A stretch of DNA of 62,388 bases from Octopus sinensis (Eukaryota): contig NW_021832140.1 of the NCBI RefSeq assembly GCF_006345805.1, positions 1-62,388 of the forward strand, read 5' to 3'. How positions within the stretch are numbered: position 1 is the first letter of the stretch; each line of letters starts with the position of its first letter. The position numbers and the translations under genes are program-made. The notes under the pieces were generated by a model, which saw only the letters and a program-made list of their open reading frames with translations, was not told the DNA's origin and did not search any database. Positions 1-11,627 of this stretch are shown one piece after another.

Positions 1-246
1 GATCGAGGGTTCGAATCGCAGACAGGCGATGTGTGTTTTATGATCGAAAACATCTAAGGTTCACACGGCTCTGCCAGAAGGTAATGGCGAGCTTCTGCTG
101 ACTCTTTCGTCACAACTTTCTCTCACTCTTTCATCGTGCATCTTGCAGCTCACCTGCGACGGACTGGCGTCCCGTCCAGGTGGGGAACCTATATGCCAAG
201 GAAACCGGCCCTTATGAGCCACGCGTGGCTCGACAAGGAACAAACA
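1..246 (+). mobile_element. tRNA-derived SINE, head truncated by window edge
   Basis: B-box-like GGGTTCGAATC at 7-17. The body (gacggactggcgtcccgtccagg...ggaaaccggcccttatgagcc) recurs in reverse at 1620-1910 and ends in a (TA)n tail. Confidence 0.75.
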
Positions 247-266
247 ATATATATATATATATTTAT

Positions 267-304
<38 letters not shown>

Positions 305-501
305 ATACATACATACATACATACGTTTGCGTATCAACTCTTTTCGTTTTAATTTTAGATTTTTCATATTTCTTCTGTTTATATGTATTTATATATACCC
401 CCATATATATATGTATATGTATATGCATATATATGTATATGTATGTATATATATATGTATATGTATATGTATATGTATATATGTATATATATGTATATGT
501 A

Positions 502-534
<33 letters not shown>

Positions 535-542
535 GCATATAT

Positions 543-767
543 ACTGCGAGCTGGCAGAAACGTTAGCACGCCGGGCGAAATGCGTAGTCGTATTTCGTCT
601 GCCGTTACGTTCTGAGTTCAAATTCCGCCGAGGTCGACTTTGCCTTTCATCCCTTCGAGGTCGATAAATAAAGTACCAGTTTCGCACTGGGGTCGATTTA
701 ATCGACTTAATCGCTTTGTCTGTCCTTGTTTGTCCCCTCTATGTTTAGCCCCTTGTGGGCAGTAAAG

Positions 768-768
<1 letters not shown>
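543..768 (+). mobile_element. tRNA-derived SINE (gtcgactttgcctttcatcc...ggggtcgat family)
   Basis: Head gagctggcagaaacgttagc...gagttcaaattcc, then a central block that recurs at ~41455-41840, ~48735-48880, ~51900-52060, ~53590-53870 (-) and ~57960-58110 (-). Confidence 0.8.
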
Positions 769-802
<34 letters not shown>

Positions 803-1619
803 GATTCTTTAATGTAGAACCATAATGTTCCTAAATCCATATTCGAATTTTCCAGACTGTCACACTCTCATTTTCAAGAAGTGAAGATACTTGGCATCTG
901 CGTTGTTTCCTATATATTGGTCGAATTTAAGCTAATGGCTTTTTTTTTCTTTACCATTAGGCTTCCACGCCAGCAGTCACGTTTGGATTTATTTTGTTGT
1001 GCTCAAATTTTTTCATCGTTTTCATGCCAGAAATCAATATTTTTTTTATGCATGAGTTGTTTATATATTTATTCCTCTTCTTGTTTTGAGTCATTTGAGT
1101 GCGGCCATGCTGGAGTGTGCTAACTAACTGCATTAAACCCGCTCTCTTTCTCCAATGTTTGTATTTCTACGTAAGTCTTTCTATTTTCTCTGCACTAACA
1201 TTACCGTTATCTTCATTTAAGTCGAAATGCGTTATACTTCAAACTCTCAACATTCTGCATTTGCTGTACCGTGATGTTCTGTGCTGTTTCGTCCGAGTTG
1301 TATGTCCCTGTCTTTTGTTTTCAATAATAAGATGTTTTTGCTTTCTTGCTTAATGATTGTTATAATCACTGCGCTTTACAGATGAGCGATTCCATGTTTT
1401 CCCTCGCTGAAGCCGCTCTGAACCTGGATAACAACCCAGCTGACAATGAGTTTTCTTTACACAGTATATTGTCTTTAACATTTATTGTAGTCTACGCTTT
1501 CACACTATTATTTATATTAATAATTCCAGCGAGCACATTCAGTAGTCTCTCCCCTTTCTCTCTCTCTCTCTCCCCTCTCTCTCTCTCTTTATATATGTAT
1601 ATTTCCAATTTCGTCGCCC

Positions 1620-1910
1620 TTTTCAAGTCTAGCCAGGCTCATGGGCTCGGTTTCCCGGTTTCTGTGGCGTATGTGTTCCCCCCCCCCCACAGCTGGACGG
1701 GACACCAGTCCATCGCAGCGTTACTCAAGAAACAGGAAGAGAGAGTGAAAGAAAGTTGTGGCGAAAAAGTACAACAGGGGTCGCCACCACCTCCTGCCGG
1801 AGCCTTGTGGAGCTTTTAGGTGTTTTCGCTCAATAAACACACACAACGCCCAGTCTGGGAATCGAAACCGCGATTCCGTTGCCCTAACCACTGGGCCATT
1901 GCGCCTCCAC
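1620..1910 (-). mobile_element. tRNA-derived SINE, same family as 1-246
   Basis: Reverse complement begins agtggaggcgcaatggcccagtggttaggg (A box) ...cggtttcgattccc (B box); the body matches 1-246. Confidence 0.8.
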
Positions 1911-1911
1911 T

Positions 1912-1961
<50 letters not shown>

Positions 1962-2228
1962 TTAAATAAGTTTGGGAGTTATTGGATATCTCGTCCACAG
2001 TTATTGGATATCTGATGTCATCATACAGCAGAAGTAATGATCCTGCTACTGGATATATCAGGAATTCCACAGTATCTATAGAATTTATATAAGTAGATAA
2101 ATGATAGAAAACGGATTGATCGACATACTATATTTTTAGAAACATTACAATTATTTCGATAATTTTTACACCTGTGTCGAAACCATTTTAGTGTTTTAAA
2201 ATAAAGAACGTCATGCAATCCATTTTCT

Positions 2229-2292
<64 letters not shown>

Positions 2293-2857
2293 TGTATGTG
2301 TGTGTGTGTGTGTGAATGTGAGTGTGTGTGTGGGAATGTGAGTGTGTTTGTTGTGTGGGTACATATTTGCACATACACTCTGTCAAACACACACTCGTAA
2401 CGGTCTAAATTACCATCCATATCGCTGCCATCACAAGCAACGGCGACAATAGCTATAATAATAAAAATTTATCTATCAATTAACGAAAGTGACATACCTT
2501 TAACAACCAATCATTGATGTGGACTACGTTCACACTAAAATCAATGATTGAAATCAAGCAAAATCAACAACCATATCGTATGTTAGTCACCTTAAATTCT
2601 TCAACATCAAGAAACTCTTTAGATCAATCAAAGAGTTATAATACCTTTATTGAGTGAGTTGAAGTAGTTGAGTCGTGAGGGCATTGAACCAGAGTTACAA
2701 CATATAGAGGTTCGCATCGTCAACCAAAAGGTCGGCCAAATAGACATAAAACCATCCACTATAACTGAAAACCTCACAGTCGAGCACCTAAAACTTCAAA
2801 TATACACGATTTTATCAACCATTAAAAGTGGTAAAGGTAAGCTTTTCAACTCATGCT

Positions 2858-3070
2858 TAAACCGGTTTCTCGGTTTCATGGCGTATGTATTTCCCTCCTG
2901 GAAGGGACGCCGGTCATCACAAGATTACTCGTTTTTGCTAGCAAAATAGACTGGAACAATGTGAAATGGAGTGTTTTGCTCAAGAACACAAGGCATCGCT
3001 CGGTGCTGGAATCGAAACCACTATCTTACGATCATGAGTTCAACACCCTAACCACTAAGCCATGTTCCTC
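2858..3070 (-). mobile_element. tRNA-derived SINE
   Basis: Reverse-strand A box (tggcttagtggttaggg) and B box (ggtttcgattcc); the tail resembles the 1620-1910 copy. Confidence 0.7.
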
Positions 3071-3665
3071 CACTATTAACGATTAACAAACCTGTTGTTG
3101 TCCTTTCTGTGTACACTGCTATATCAGCCTCCAAGACTGGTTGAGGTAAGTTGATCTCAGATGAGAAACTTGGGTTCCGGAACCATCGAGAAGACTTGAC
3201 CCCGCTATGAGTCAAGTGTTGGTTTCAGATATAAACATTTTAATGAAGATGAAGTAGAGGAGGATGTGGTGGAGGAGCTGTAATGGTGATGATGTTGATG
3301 CAGTGCGGATGGTCACGGTTATAGTAGTAGATGTACTGAAAGCTGTGGTAGCAGTGTTAGAAAGCGGTGAGTGGAGGTATGCGGCCGGGGGTTGAAGACT
3401 TGCGCAATAAACTGGGTCATTGATCGACTGGCTGGCTGGCTGGTTTGTTGGTTGGATAGATGATCGGTCGGTCGGCTGGTTGCATGGTTGGTTGGTTGGT
3501 TGATTGGTTGGTTGGTTTTCTGAGTAACAGATAGATAGGTCAATAGGTTGGTTGCTAGTCTAATGGTAAATGGGGGTGGTGAGAGAGAGGAGAGTGAGCC
3601 AGAGAGACAGACAGACAGAAGGAGGAAGAGAAGTGGACAGAGAGAGAGAGGTTCAAGGAAGAGTG

Positions 3666-3735
<70 letters not shown>

Positions 3736-3899
3736 GGAGAGAAAGACAGAAGAAGAGTGAGAGGGGAGGCAGAAAGAAAGAAAGAGAGGCAGAGGAGAAC
3801 AGAGAGAGAGAGAGAGAGAGGGAAATAGACAGAGACTCAGGAAATGAGAAGGAGAGAAAGCGACAGAGAGAGGAGGGAAGAGGTAGGGAGGGAGTGGTG

Positions 3900-4340
3900 G
3901 TTTGGGACAGTTTAGATGGCTTGGGGAATTATTGGGACAGGTTGACGGGCATTGAGGCAGTCGGTTGTGAAGAGTGGCCGCAAGAGGGCGATGAGGATGC
4001 ATGATCGATCTGGATGCGACTATGACGTCTGCGTGTCGATGCGTGTGAGAAAGGGAGGGACCGTGGAAGGGAGGGGCGTAGTGGCGGGCGGAGTGTTGTG
4101 GGATGGGGATTACTTTGTCAAAAGTATCGAATACTGATTGCAGTCGCCTGGGGGAAGGAGAGACAACGGCGGCGATGGTGGTGGTGGATGAAATAAACGC
4201 GCTCGAAGGTTACGGTGAAATGGTGTGGGTGTGTCACGGTGAAAGGCGAATAATGAGACAACAAAAAGATATGAATATCAATATGGGACATGCGGTTGAG
4301 AAAGAAGGAGTTATGGTGGGATGTGCATATGAGCGCATGT
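3900..4340 (-). mobile_element. Decayed N-terminal ORF region of a Penelope-like element (Neptune-like)
   Basis: Frameshifted minus-strand peptides [12 protein letters not shown].. and KVIPIPQHSARHYAPPFHGPSLSHTHRHADVIVASRSIMH.. resemble, from memory, the N-terminal domain of Neptune-type PLEs. Same strand as the GIY-YIG fragment at 6830-7410. Confidence 0.4.
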
Positions 4341-4486
4341 ATACATGCATATACACATATAATATATACATACACACACAAACACACACAAACACACACA
4401 CATATATATATATGTATATATATATTATACATGTGTATACACACACACACCATACACATATATATATATATAAGTATATATATAAA

Positions 4487-4527
<41 letters not shown>

Positions 4528-5301
4528 TATATATATACATATATTTATATATATATATAATATATATATATTTATTATATATATATATTTATTATTATAT
4601 ATATATATAATATAATATATTATATATATATATATATATAATATATATATATATTAGGAAAAAAGCAACAAGAAGTATATATATATATATTATATATATA
4701 TATGTATAAAATATGTGTGTATATATATGTGTGTGCGAGTGTGTGTATACATATTTGCATATTTGTGTATCTGTATAGGTGTATGTGTGTGTGTGCGTGC
4801 GCGTGTGTGGTTACGTATGTGAATGTATGTGTTTGTGTGTATTTACGTGGGTAAATGTGAGCACCTATGTTTGGATTATTATGACTACATAAATGTCTAT
4901 GCGTCTATGGTAGTACGGACATGTGCGTGTGTATATGCATATGGGAGTGTATGAGTATGTATTTGTATGAGAGTATATGTGTATGTATGCGTGTATGTGT
5001 GTGAATGCGTGCGTATATCTTAGGATTACTGTGTGCCTACATTAATGTATGAGTGCAGTTGTGTCTATGTTTATATGGGTGTACATACATGTGCGTATAT
5101 ATGTGTTTGCGTGTGAGTGTGTGTTTCACTATGTGTATGTGTGCTTGGTTTGTATATATGTGTGTGTGGCGGGAGGGTGGTGTGGAATGACTGTGCGATG
5201 GATTCCCCCCTTCTTCCCCCCAAAAAGGACAATCGTGGTTAGAAAGTGTGAGGTAGAGTATGAGCGAGAGAATTAACTTGGGTGGGAGGTAGTGTCTGTC
5301 A

Positions 5302-5647
5302 TTTTTTTACAACAAAAAAACAGAGACGTGGAACTCAACGAGAAACGTAAACGGGAAAAACATTATTTTTTTCAACAGAGAAACAAGGTACAGGACATGC
5401 TACACAAGGAAAAATCCCCTTCATCAGCTGTCACTAGCAGACTCAAGGTGTTTCGAAGGCAAGACAGGACACGACTCGTCAACTTGTCCTTCCTGCGAGA
5501 GAATTAAAATAAAATTGCCTCGCAGAGGGGTAAAAACAGACATGAAAAAAATGTCCTGTACCTTGTTTTTCTGTTGAAAAAAATAATGTTTTTCCCGTTT
5601 TCGTTTCTCGTTGAGTTCCACGTCTCTGTTTTTTTGTTGTAAAAAAT
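5302..5647. repeat. Inverted repeat, arms ~96 bp, spacer ~150 bp
   Basis: 5302-5398 (ttttttacaac...ggtacaggacat) is the reverse complement of 5551-5647 with about two substitutions. Confidence 0.9.
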
Positions 5648-5799
5648 GGCTTTTCCGTTTTCGTTTTTCGTTGAGTTCTACGTCTAGTTGTGGTGTCCTG
5701 TACTCACGTGTATATATATTTATATATGCATGTATATATACATGTAGATGTAGGTACGTACATATATGGTTGTATGTATGCATATATTTTATTTATTAC

Positions 5800-5832
<33 letters not shown>

Positions 5833-5900
5833 CGGGAAGCTTTATGAAAATAAACAAAAGACGAAGGCAGGTGGAAGACAAACGAACATTGTATTAGTAT

Positions 5901-5960
5901 GGCGCTCAGGAAATATAAATAAAACAAGTCTTAACGTTTCGAGCCCTACCTCTTCAACAG
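5901..5960 (-). ncRNA. Degenerate type I hammerhead ribozyme (PLE pLTR-type)
   Basis: CTGTTGA-A-GAG(gtaggg)CTC-GAAAC-GTT...AGCG-CC. Homologous to 16996-17055 but with A6U and U16.1C core changes, so probably inactive. Confidence 0.55.
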
Positions 5961-6149
5961 AAAGATACACAGAGAGAGAAAAACACAGAAAGGAAGGAGA
6001 GAAAAAAATGCGTGCAGTAGCTAACGAATCAACATGGCGATCTGATTTCGGCCAGAGGTCAAAGATCAAACATGAGACGCGAGAGCGAAATAAGGGGAGA
6101 TAATAGGGTTGATAAAAGGGTTGAGTGACCAGCTAAAAGTGCGTGGGAG

Positions 6150-6480
6150 GGGTCTGGATGTGTGTATGTATAGGGTTGGTGTATGTATTAGTATGTATAA
6201 CGGGTGTGTGTTGTGTGTGTGTGGGTGTTGTGTATGAGAGAGTATTAGTGCGTAAGATTGGTCTGGACGTGCGTATGTATGGGGTTGGTGGTATGTATTA
6301 GTATGTATTAGTATGTATTAGTACGTTATTGTATATATAGTTGTGTGTGTGTGGTGTGAGAGAGTATAAGTGCGTATGCGGTGTCTGGACGTGTGTATGT
6401 ATAGGGGTGGTGTAAGTATTAGTATGTACTAGTATGTATTAGTACGTATTAGTATGTATTAGTTGGTTGTGTGTATTAGT
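6150..6480. repeat. Three diverged tandem units of ~110-120 bp with internal gtatgtatta arrays
   Basis: The motif gtctgga(t/c)gtg(t/c)gtatgtat recurs at ~6152, ~6261 and ~6383. Confidence 0.75.
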
Positions 6481-6829
6481 ATGGCACATCATATGTGATG
6501 TGATGTGTAAGTCATGTGGTGTAGTGAGGAGAAGAGGGGGAGGGGGAGAAGAGGGGAGAGAAGGGGAGGGGAAGAAGAGGGGGAGGAGAAGGGGGAAGAG
6601 GAGACGATGGGGAGAGGAAGGTGAGGAGGGGGATGAAGGAGGAAAGAGGGAGAGGGGGAGAGAGAGAAGGGGAGAGAGGGAGTGAGGGAGCAGAGGAAGG
6701 GGAAGAGGGAGGGAGAAAGAGGGAAGAAGGGAAGGGGAGTAGGGGTGAAAGGATGAAGGACTGAAGAAGTAGGGGTCGGGGGGAGAAAGGATAGGTGAGG
6801 AGGGGGGAGAGGGGGTTAGATGAGGAGGG

Positions 6830-7410
6830 GGGAGAGTTGAGACCAATGGCGTATAAGAGCGAAGAGAGAAGAGTAATTCTGTTCACGGCGCAAACGGGAA
6901 TCCGGATGGCCTCTGTGTAAGGACAAACCAAACACAGATAGGTGTTGCAAGGAGTGACCGGTGGAGCGGAAATGGCGTGAGACCGGTGTGTCGTTCGCAA
7001 GGTGGATGTCACGAAGGTGTTCCGCGAACCGGTCAGCCAAGCGGCGTCCCGTTTGTCCGATGTACAAGGAATTGCAGAGAGAGCAAGAGATGCAATAGAT
7101 AATATTGCTGGAGGTGCAGGTGAAGGAGTGGATGATGGGATAGGGTCGATGGTGGGTGCTAGTGAGGCGGGTGGTGTTAGAGAGGTAAGGGCAAGTGCGG
7201 CAACGTGGGCGGGAGCAGGGGAACGAGCCGGTTGGGAGGTAGGGTCAGGGAAGGAGCTATGGACCAAAAGGTCTCGAAGGTTGTGGGCTCGTTTGAAAGA
7301 GGGGAGGGGTCGGTTAGGGAAGAGGTGTGAAGTGGACGGGTCGGACTGGAGATGACGGAAAGCTCGAAGAATGGTGCGTTGGAGACGTAGGGTCGTGGGG
7401 TATATATGAA
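6830..7410 (-). mobile_element. Penelope-like element 3' ORF fragment (Zn-finger linker plus GIY-YIG endonuclease), Neptune-like, frameshifted
   Basis: YPTTLRLQRTILRAFRHLQSDPSTSHLFP..FKRAHNLRDLLVHSS, then FPCSRPRCRTCP, then IYCISCSLCNSLYIGQTGRRLADRFAEHLRDI...PVSRHF across frames. Confidence 0.9.
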
Positions 7411-7459
7411 AAAACAAGTCAAAATAGAAAATGCTAAAATAATTTTATAAAGAACATTT

Positions 7460-7497
7460 CAGTACCGGTTTCGGTAATTTTGAGACCTTTTCAACTG
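7460..7497 (-). ncRNA. Candidate minimal type I hammerhead ribozyme with U3:A8 covariation
   Basis: Minus strand CAG-UUGAAAA-GGU(ctcaaaatt)ACC-GAAA-C-CG-G-UA-CUG: 3-bp stems I and II, palindromic stem III ACCGGU, GUA cleavage triplet. Confidence 0.6.
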
Positions 7498-9439
7498 TAA
7501 CGATTAAATAATTAAATTTAGAAAAATTAGAAGAAAAGTTTTTTTAAAGGAATATTTGTATAGTGTTCAGATATAAGTGGCATTCTGCCTTTCTCTGACT
7601 CCCTTGTTTGCACTTGTGTGTTCGAGGTCGTTGTGAATTCTTGGTAGGGTAGAAGAAGAAGAAGGCTGATGAGGAGAGGGGGTGGAAAAATTTGGGAGTG
7701 CCTTGATTGTTGTATTTTGAATGGTCAGTGACGGCTAGCAGTTGCAATTCAATTCAGGAGAATATTTCTATTGAGAGGTTTGTTTAACGTCTCGCACTGT
7801 ATTTTACGACATAATAGTACGATTTGAGGGAGATATTTATCTGCTATTTGTAAGGAGTCAAAACGACAACATACAGAGTTTCTTTATTAACTTTTTCCAA
7901 TGTCTGGAGTTAACTGTAGAGTAAGAAGCTGACACTTGCAGAAGTAAACCCTTGAAACTTTAGGATATGTATCAATATATAAGATGAATATGGCAAATGC
8001 AGGATGCCAACTCAAATTGCATTAAAGCGTATCCAGTATATGCATGTGCATTCGTATGCATGTATATATATGTATGTGTGTATTTGTGTATGCATATATG
8101 TATACATACATACAGACAAATATATACACATACGTGCATATGCGTATGTACGTATATATGCACCTACGTATGTGTATATGTATGTATGTATATATGCATC
8201 TACGTATGTGTATATGTATGTATGTATGTATATATGCATGCATGAATATATGGATGTATATATATATACGTGTGTGTCACTGCGCGGTGATTGCTATAAG
8301 CTTTAAGCTTATGATATATATATGTGTGTGTGTGGTGTGTGTGTGTGTGTGTTTGTATTCAGGTATGCGTGTATATGCATGTATTCATGTATGTACGCAT
8401 TACGAATGCATGTATGCATGTAATTGTGTATGTAGGTGCATATGTGCAGTTCTTAGGGATTTCATTTAAGATTATTCTTTTACAGAATTGAAGTCTTCAG
8501 TAACAAAGGGGCAAAGTTGTTTTGCAAAGTCAAGACAGATTGAAGCTATCTAGATTGGTTGATGTATGCATGTACGTGTGCGCATGTTCGGCGTATGGGT
8601 GTGCGTGTGGATAAACTTCAAGCCGTGAATATGTATGTATCTATGTATGTTTGTATACAAACGCGCGCGTGCGGTTGTGTGTGTGTCTGCATGTGCTGTA
8701 TATGTGAGAGTGCATGTGTTTATATGTGCGTTTGCAACGCTGTAATCTCATGTTTGAAACAGGAAATGCTGAACACCCTTGTCCTTTGCTTCAACACCCA
8801 TGACAAAGACCAATGAAGATCAACGTGTCAGATTTTCTAGGGTTTACATATGCAACTGTCAGATTCTTGTTATATAGTTAAGTTCTCTTAGGGTATTTTC
8901 CTGAACAAAATATGTCGGTCCAAAAACTATTCTCCATCATTTTACTAGATTCCTTACTAAGTCTCACTTCGTTCGAAACCGTGACGAGTGAAAAGGTGTA
9001 TCCTGTCCCCCAGGTAGTATCTGGCAATGACAACAATTATTTCTTGAATTTTGTTTTTTTATTATTCATTTTGTTGAAACTTGCTGATGAAGAGTGTCAC
9101 AAGATAGGTTTTCAGAAAGTTGTCCCAGAGCTAAATAATTATTTTCATATATGTATTTGGTAAGAGCGATTTTCCTAAGCTGTTTCACTCTGTTCCGTAT
9201 TTATCATATATAATATGGTGGTGACTCTGAATATTCTAACATATTGCCTACTATTTACCGAGTTCTTTTTAATTTTACGACTCAGATTAAACCAGCCAGA
9301 ATACATTACGTTCAACACACATGTCTAAGTCCTTCTCTGTATGTATGTATACAACATTCATATATACATGAATATATAATAAAAATTATAGATTGGACTT
9401 TATGGTATATTTTCTTTCATGGTTGACAATTGTTTCAAT

Positions 9440-9575
9440 ATTTACGAGTTATGTTTATAAACATGGCCGCTATGAATGTTCTAGACAATTCCACGGATGG
9501 CTGTGTAGATACACTAAATTGCATACATGGCTAAATCATTAATAACGGACATGTTTATAAGCATAACGCTTGAAT
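9440..9575. repeat. Decayed foldback, arms ~48 bp
   Basis: ttatgtttataaacatggccg pairs with cggacatgtttataagcataa (2 mismatches in 21 nt); weaker pairing continues inward and outward. Confidence 0.6.
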
Positions 9576-9789
9576 AGTCACCATGGAATTGAAATAAATG
9601 TCACAGCTTATCAGCCATACTGAACGACGGAAATGGAATTTTCGTATTTCCTCACATTAGAAACCATTGCCTATAGAAGTGTATCCCTCAATTGTCTTAT
9701 CCCAACTGACCGACATACATTAATATACGTATATGTTATTAACAACACCTAGAAGAAGGTGCTCCTTTTCCACTCACGAAACTGAATGG

Positions 9790-10168
9790 AGTTTTGGTCA
9801 GGATGAATCGTAATACCCTTTTATTGGTGGGTCAGCAGAAGTGGCTAAATTACTGCTCATCGTCTCCATGTGGCTTCCGGCTTATCTTGCTCCATAATCA
9901 GCAAGAGGCTCTTTCTGTTACCTCTCCCATTCCGCACACAGCCACCCTTTGCTCTTTTCCTCTCATATCAATGGCTCCAGCATCGTCCATACCGACTGAT
10001 CATCGAATCCCCTACAGTCAACATCGACAGGGAAAAACCACGACTGTCATCCGTTCTCCCTGAAATCCCGCAGAAGGCTCTCGTATATGACGCACTTTCA
10101 TTCGTTGACCTGATCACACCCTTCTTCCCATGGGACTGCAAACTCTATTAATATTATCTTCCTTGCCT

Positions 10169-10172
<4 letters not shown>
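9790..10172 (-). mobile_element. 3' fragment of an R2-superfamily (HERO-like) non-LTR retrotransposon: REL endonuclease plus probable 3' UTR
   Basis: RKIILIEFAVPWEEGCDQVNE*KCVIYESLLRDFRENG*QSWFFPVDVDCRGF matches the IELTVPWEE...PVEVGCRGF REL signature; contains stops. Confidence 0.8.
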
Positions 10173-10244
<72 letters not shown>

Positions 10245-10798
10245 TATATGTTCATATATATATATATATATAAGACAGATGGTCACGTGACCATCGTCCA
10301 TCTTTCTTTTCCTTCCGGACGTCCTATTTTCAAAGAAAATATTTCTCCAGCGTTCGTTATTTTACCCTTGTTCCCATCTTTGACCCTCCATAAAACCAAA
10401 TTTTATTTTGGTATTTATGGGAGCAAATGTCTTCGAAGACTCATATTGTAGTTTAGTGCTCGAAATGAGGAGCAGATAGACAACCAACAACTGATGAACG
10501 GTCATTCTTTGGGCTACTTGTCCTGTTTTCCATTTCTTCTCTCGTTGTTTGTGTATTTAACTCATTTGTTTTCGTATTTCATGTTGGTTGGTGTTGGTGA
10601 CGTCCTGTACCCATATATGCATATATATGTATGTGTATATGTGCATATGTATATATATATGTATGTATATATATATAGTTAATTAGAGGAACTCAAATCC
10701 TCATTAGGGATTTTATAATCTAAAGTATTCCACTGGTTTAATCCGTATTATATAATGGAAAAGTTATTGGTAAATGTTTAGGATTTTGAAAATATCAA

Positions 10799-11247
10799 TA
10801 TTGAGGGAAAATAAGAAGAAAATTAAGAATAAATGGATGTAATTACTGATTTATTTGCATGTCATAAAAAGATGACTTTTTTTTTGTTAAAAGTAAACTT
10901 TTAACTAGCTAATACTATACACTTCCCTCAAAAGATAAAATGATTACCTAAATTGTGTTAGCTCTTTTTGAACCCGACGAAGTCTTGCCACAATATAGCT
11001 TGAATGTGGCAACTTCCTGGCAGTAAACAATATATTTGGAGACTCTCATCAACTAGATGGTACGACTGAAACATATACATAAGTGCTTTTTTTCTGTTTT
11101 ATCATAATTTATTTTTCTTTGAGCTTTCAACTAACAATCATTTGTAATGTTTTTTCCAAAAACAAAGTCATCATTTTATAACATGCAAGTAAATCAGTAA
11201 TTACATCCATTTATTCTCCATTTTCTTCTCTTTATTTTCCTTCAATA
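10799..11247. mobile_element. MITE-like element, TIRs ~88 bp, TA at both ends
   Basis: ttgagggaaaataagaag...atttgcatgtcataaaaagatgacttt (10801-~10880) vs aaagtcatcattttataacatgc...ttttccttcaa (~11163-11245); no coding capacity seen. Confidence 0.7.
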
Positions 11248-11261
11248 TATATATATATACA

Positions 11262-11333
<72 letters not shown>

Positions 11334-11335
<2 letters not shown>

Positions 11336-11579
11336 GTAATGTTTATCGCCACTTCAACAAGTCTGTTTTGTAGGAATACCCGTCCGCTAGCAGAAGCGTA
11401 CCCATATCAAAGAGCTCAAACCCGTACGGTTTGGCGTTCCTGTCGCTGGAAGATGGTAAGGGTTCGCTTCACTGCTTGCAATATATCGGGTGCAAAATAC
11501 ATCGAATAATCAGCTGGAGGAGGCGTCCTCCAGTGGTTAAAATGGTAGTAACGTGTTCAAGTGGCGATAAACATTACTT
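11334..11579. mobile_element. Short element with perfect 21-bp terminal inverted repeats
   Basis: aagtaatgtttatcgccactt (11334-11354) and aagtggcgataaacattactt (11559-11579); no clear TSD. Confidence 0.65.
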
Positions 11580-11627
11580 CTCAATATAGTTACTACTTTC
11601 ATCTATTATCTATCTATCTATCTATCT

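Noticed and set aside
1381-1470. Possible exon MSDSMFSLAEAALNLDNNPADNEF after ttacag
   Set aside because: No recognisable homology, a weak donor and no partner exon.
2668-2836. Open frame ending at a good donor (aaag/gtaagc)
   Set aside because: No convincing acceptor or polypyrimidine tract, and the peptide is not recognised.
6512-7417. 301-aa minus-strand ORF as an intact gene
   Set aside because: Only the first ~60 aa are in the PLE frame; the rest is out-of-frame GIY-YIG sequence and a pyrimidine tract.
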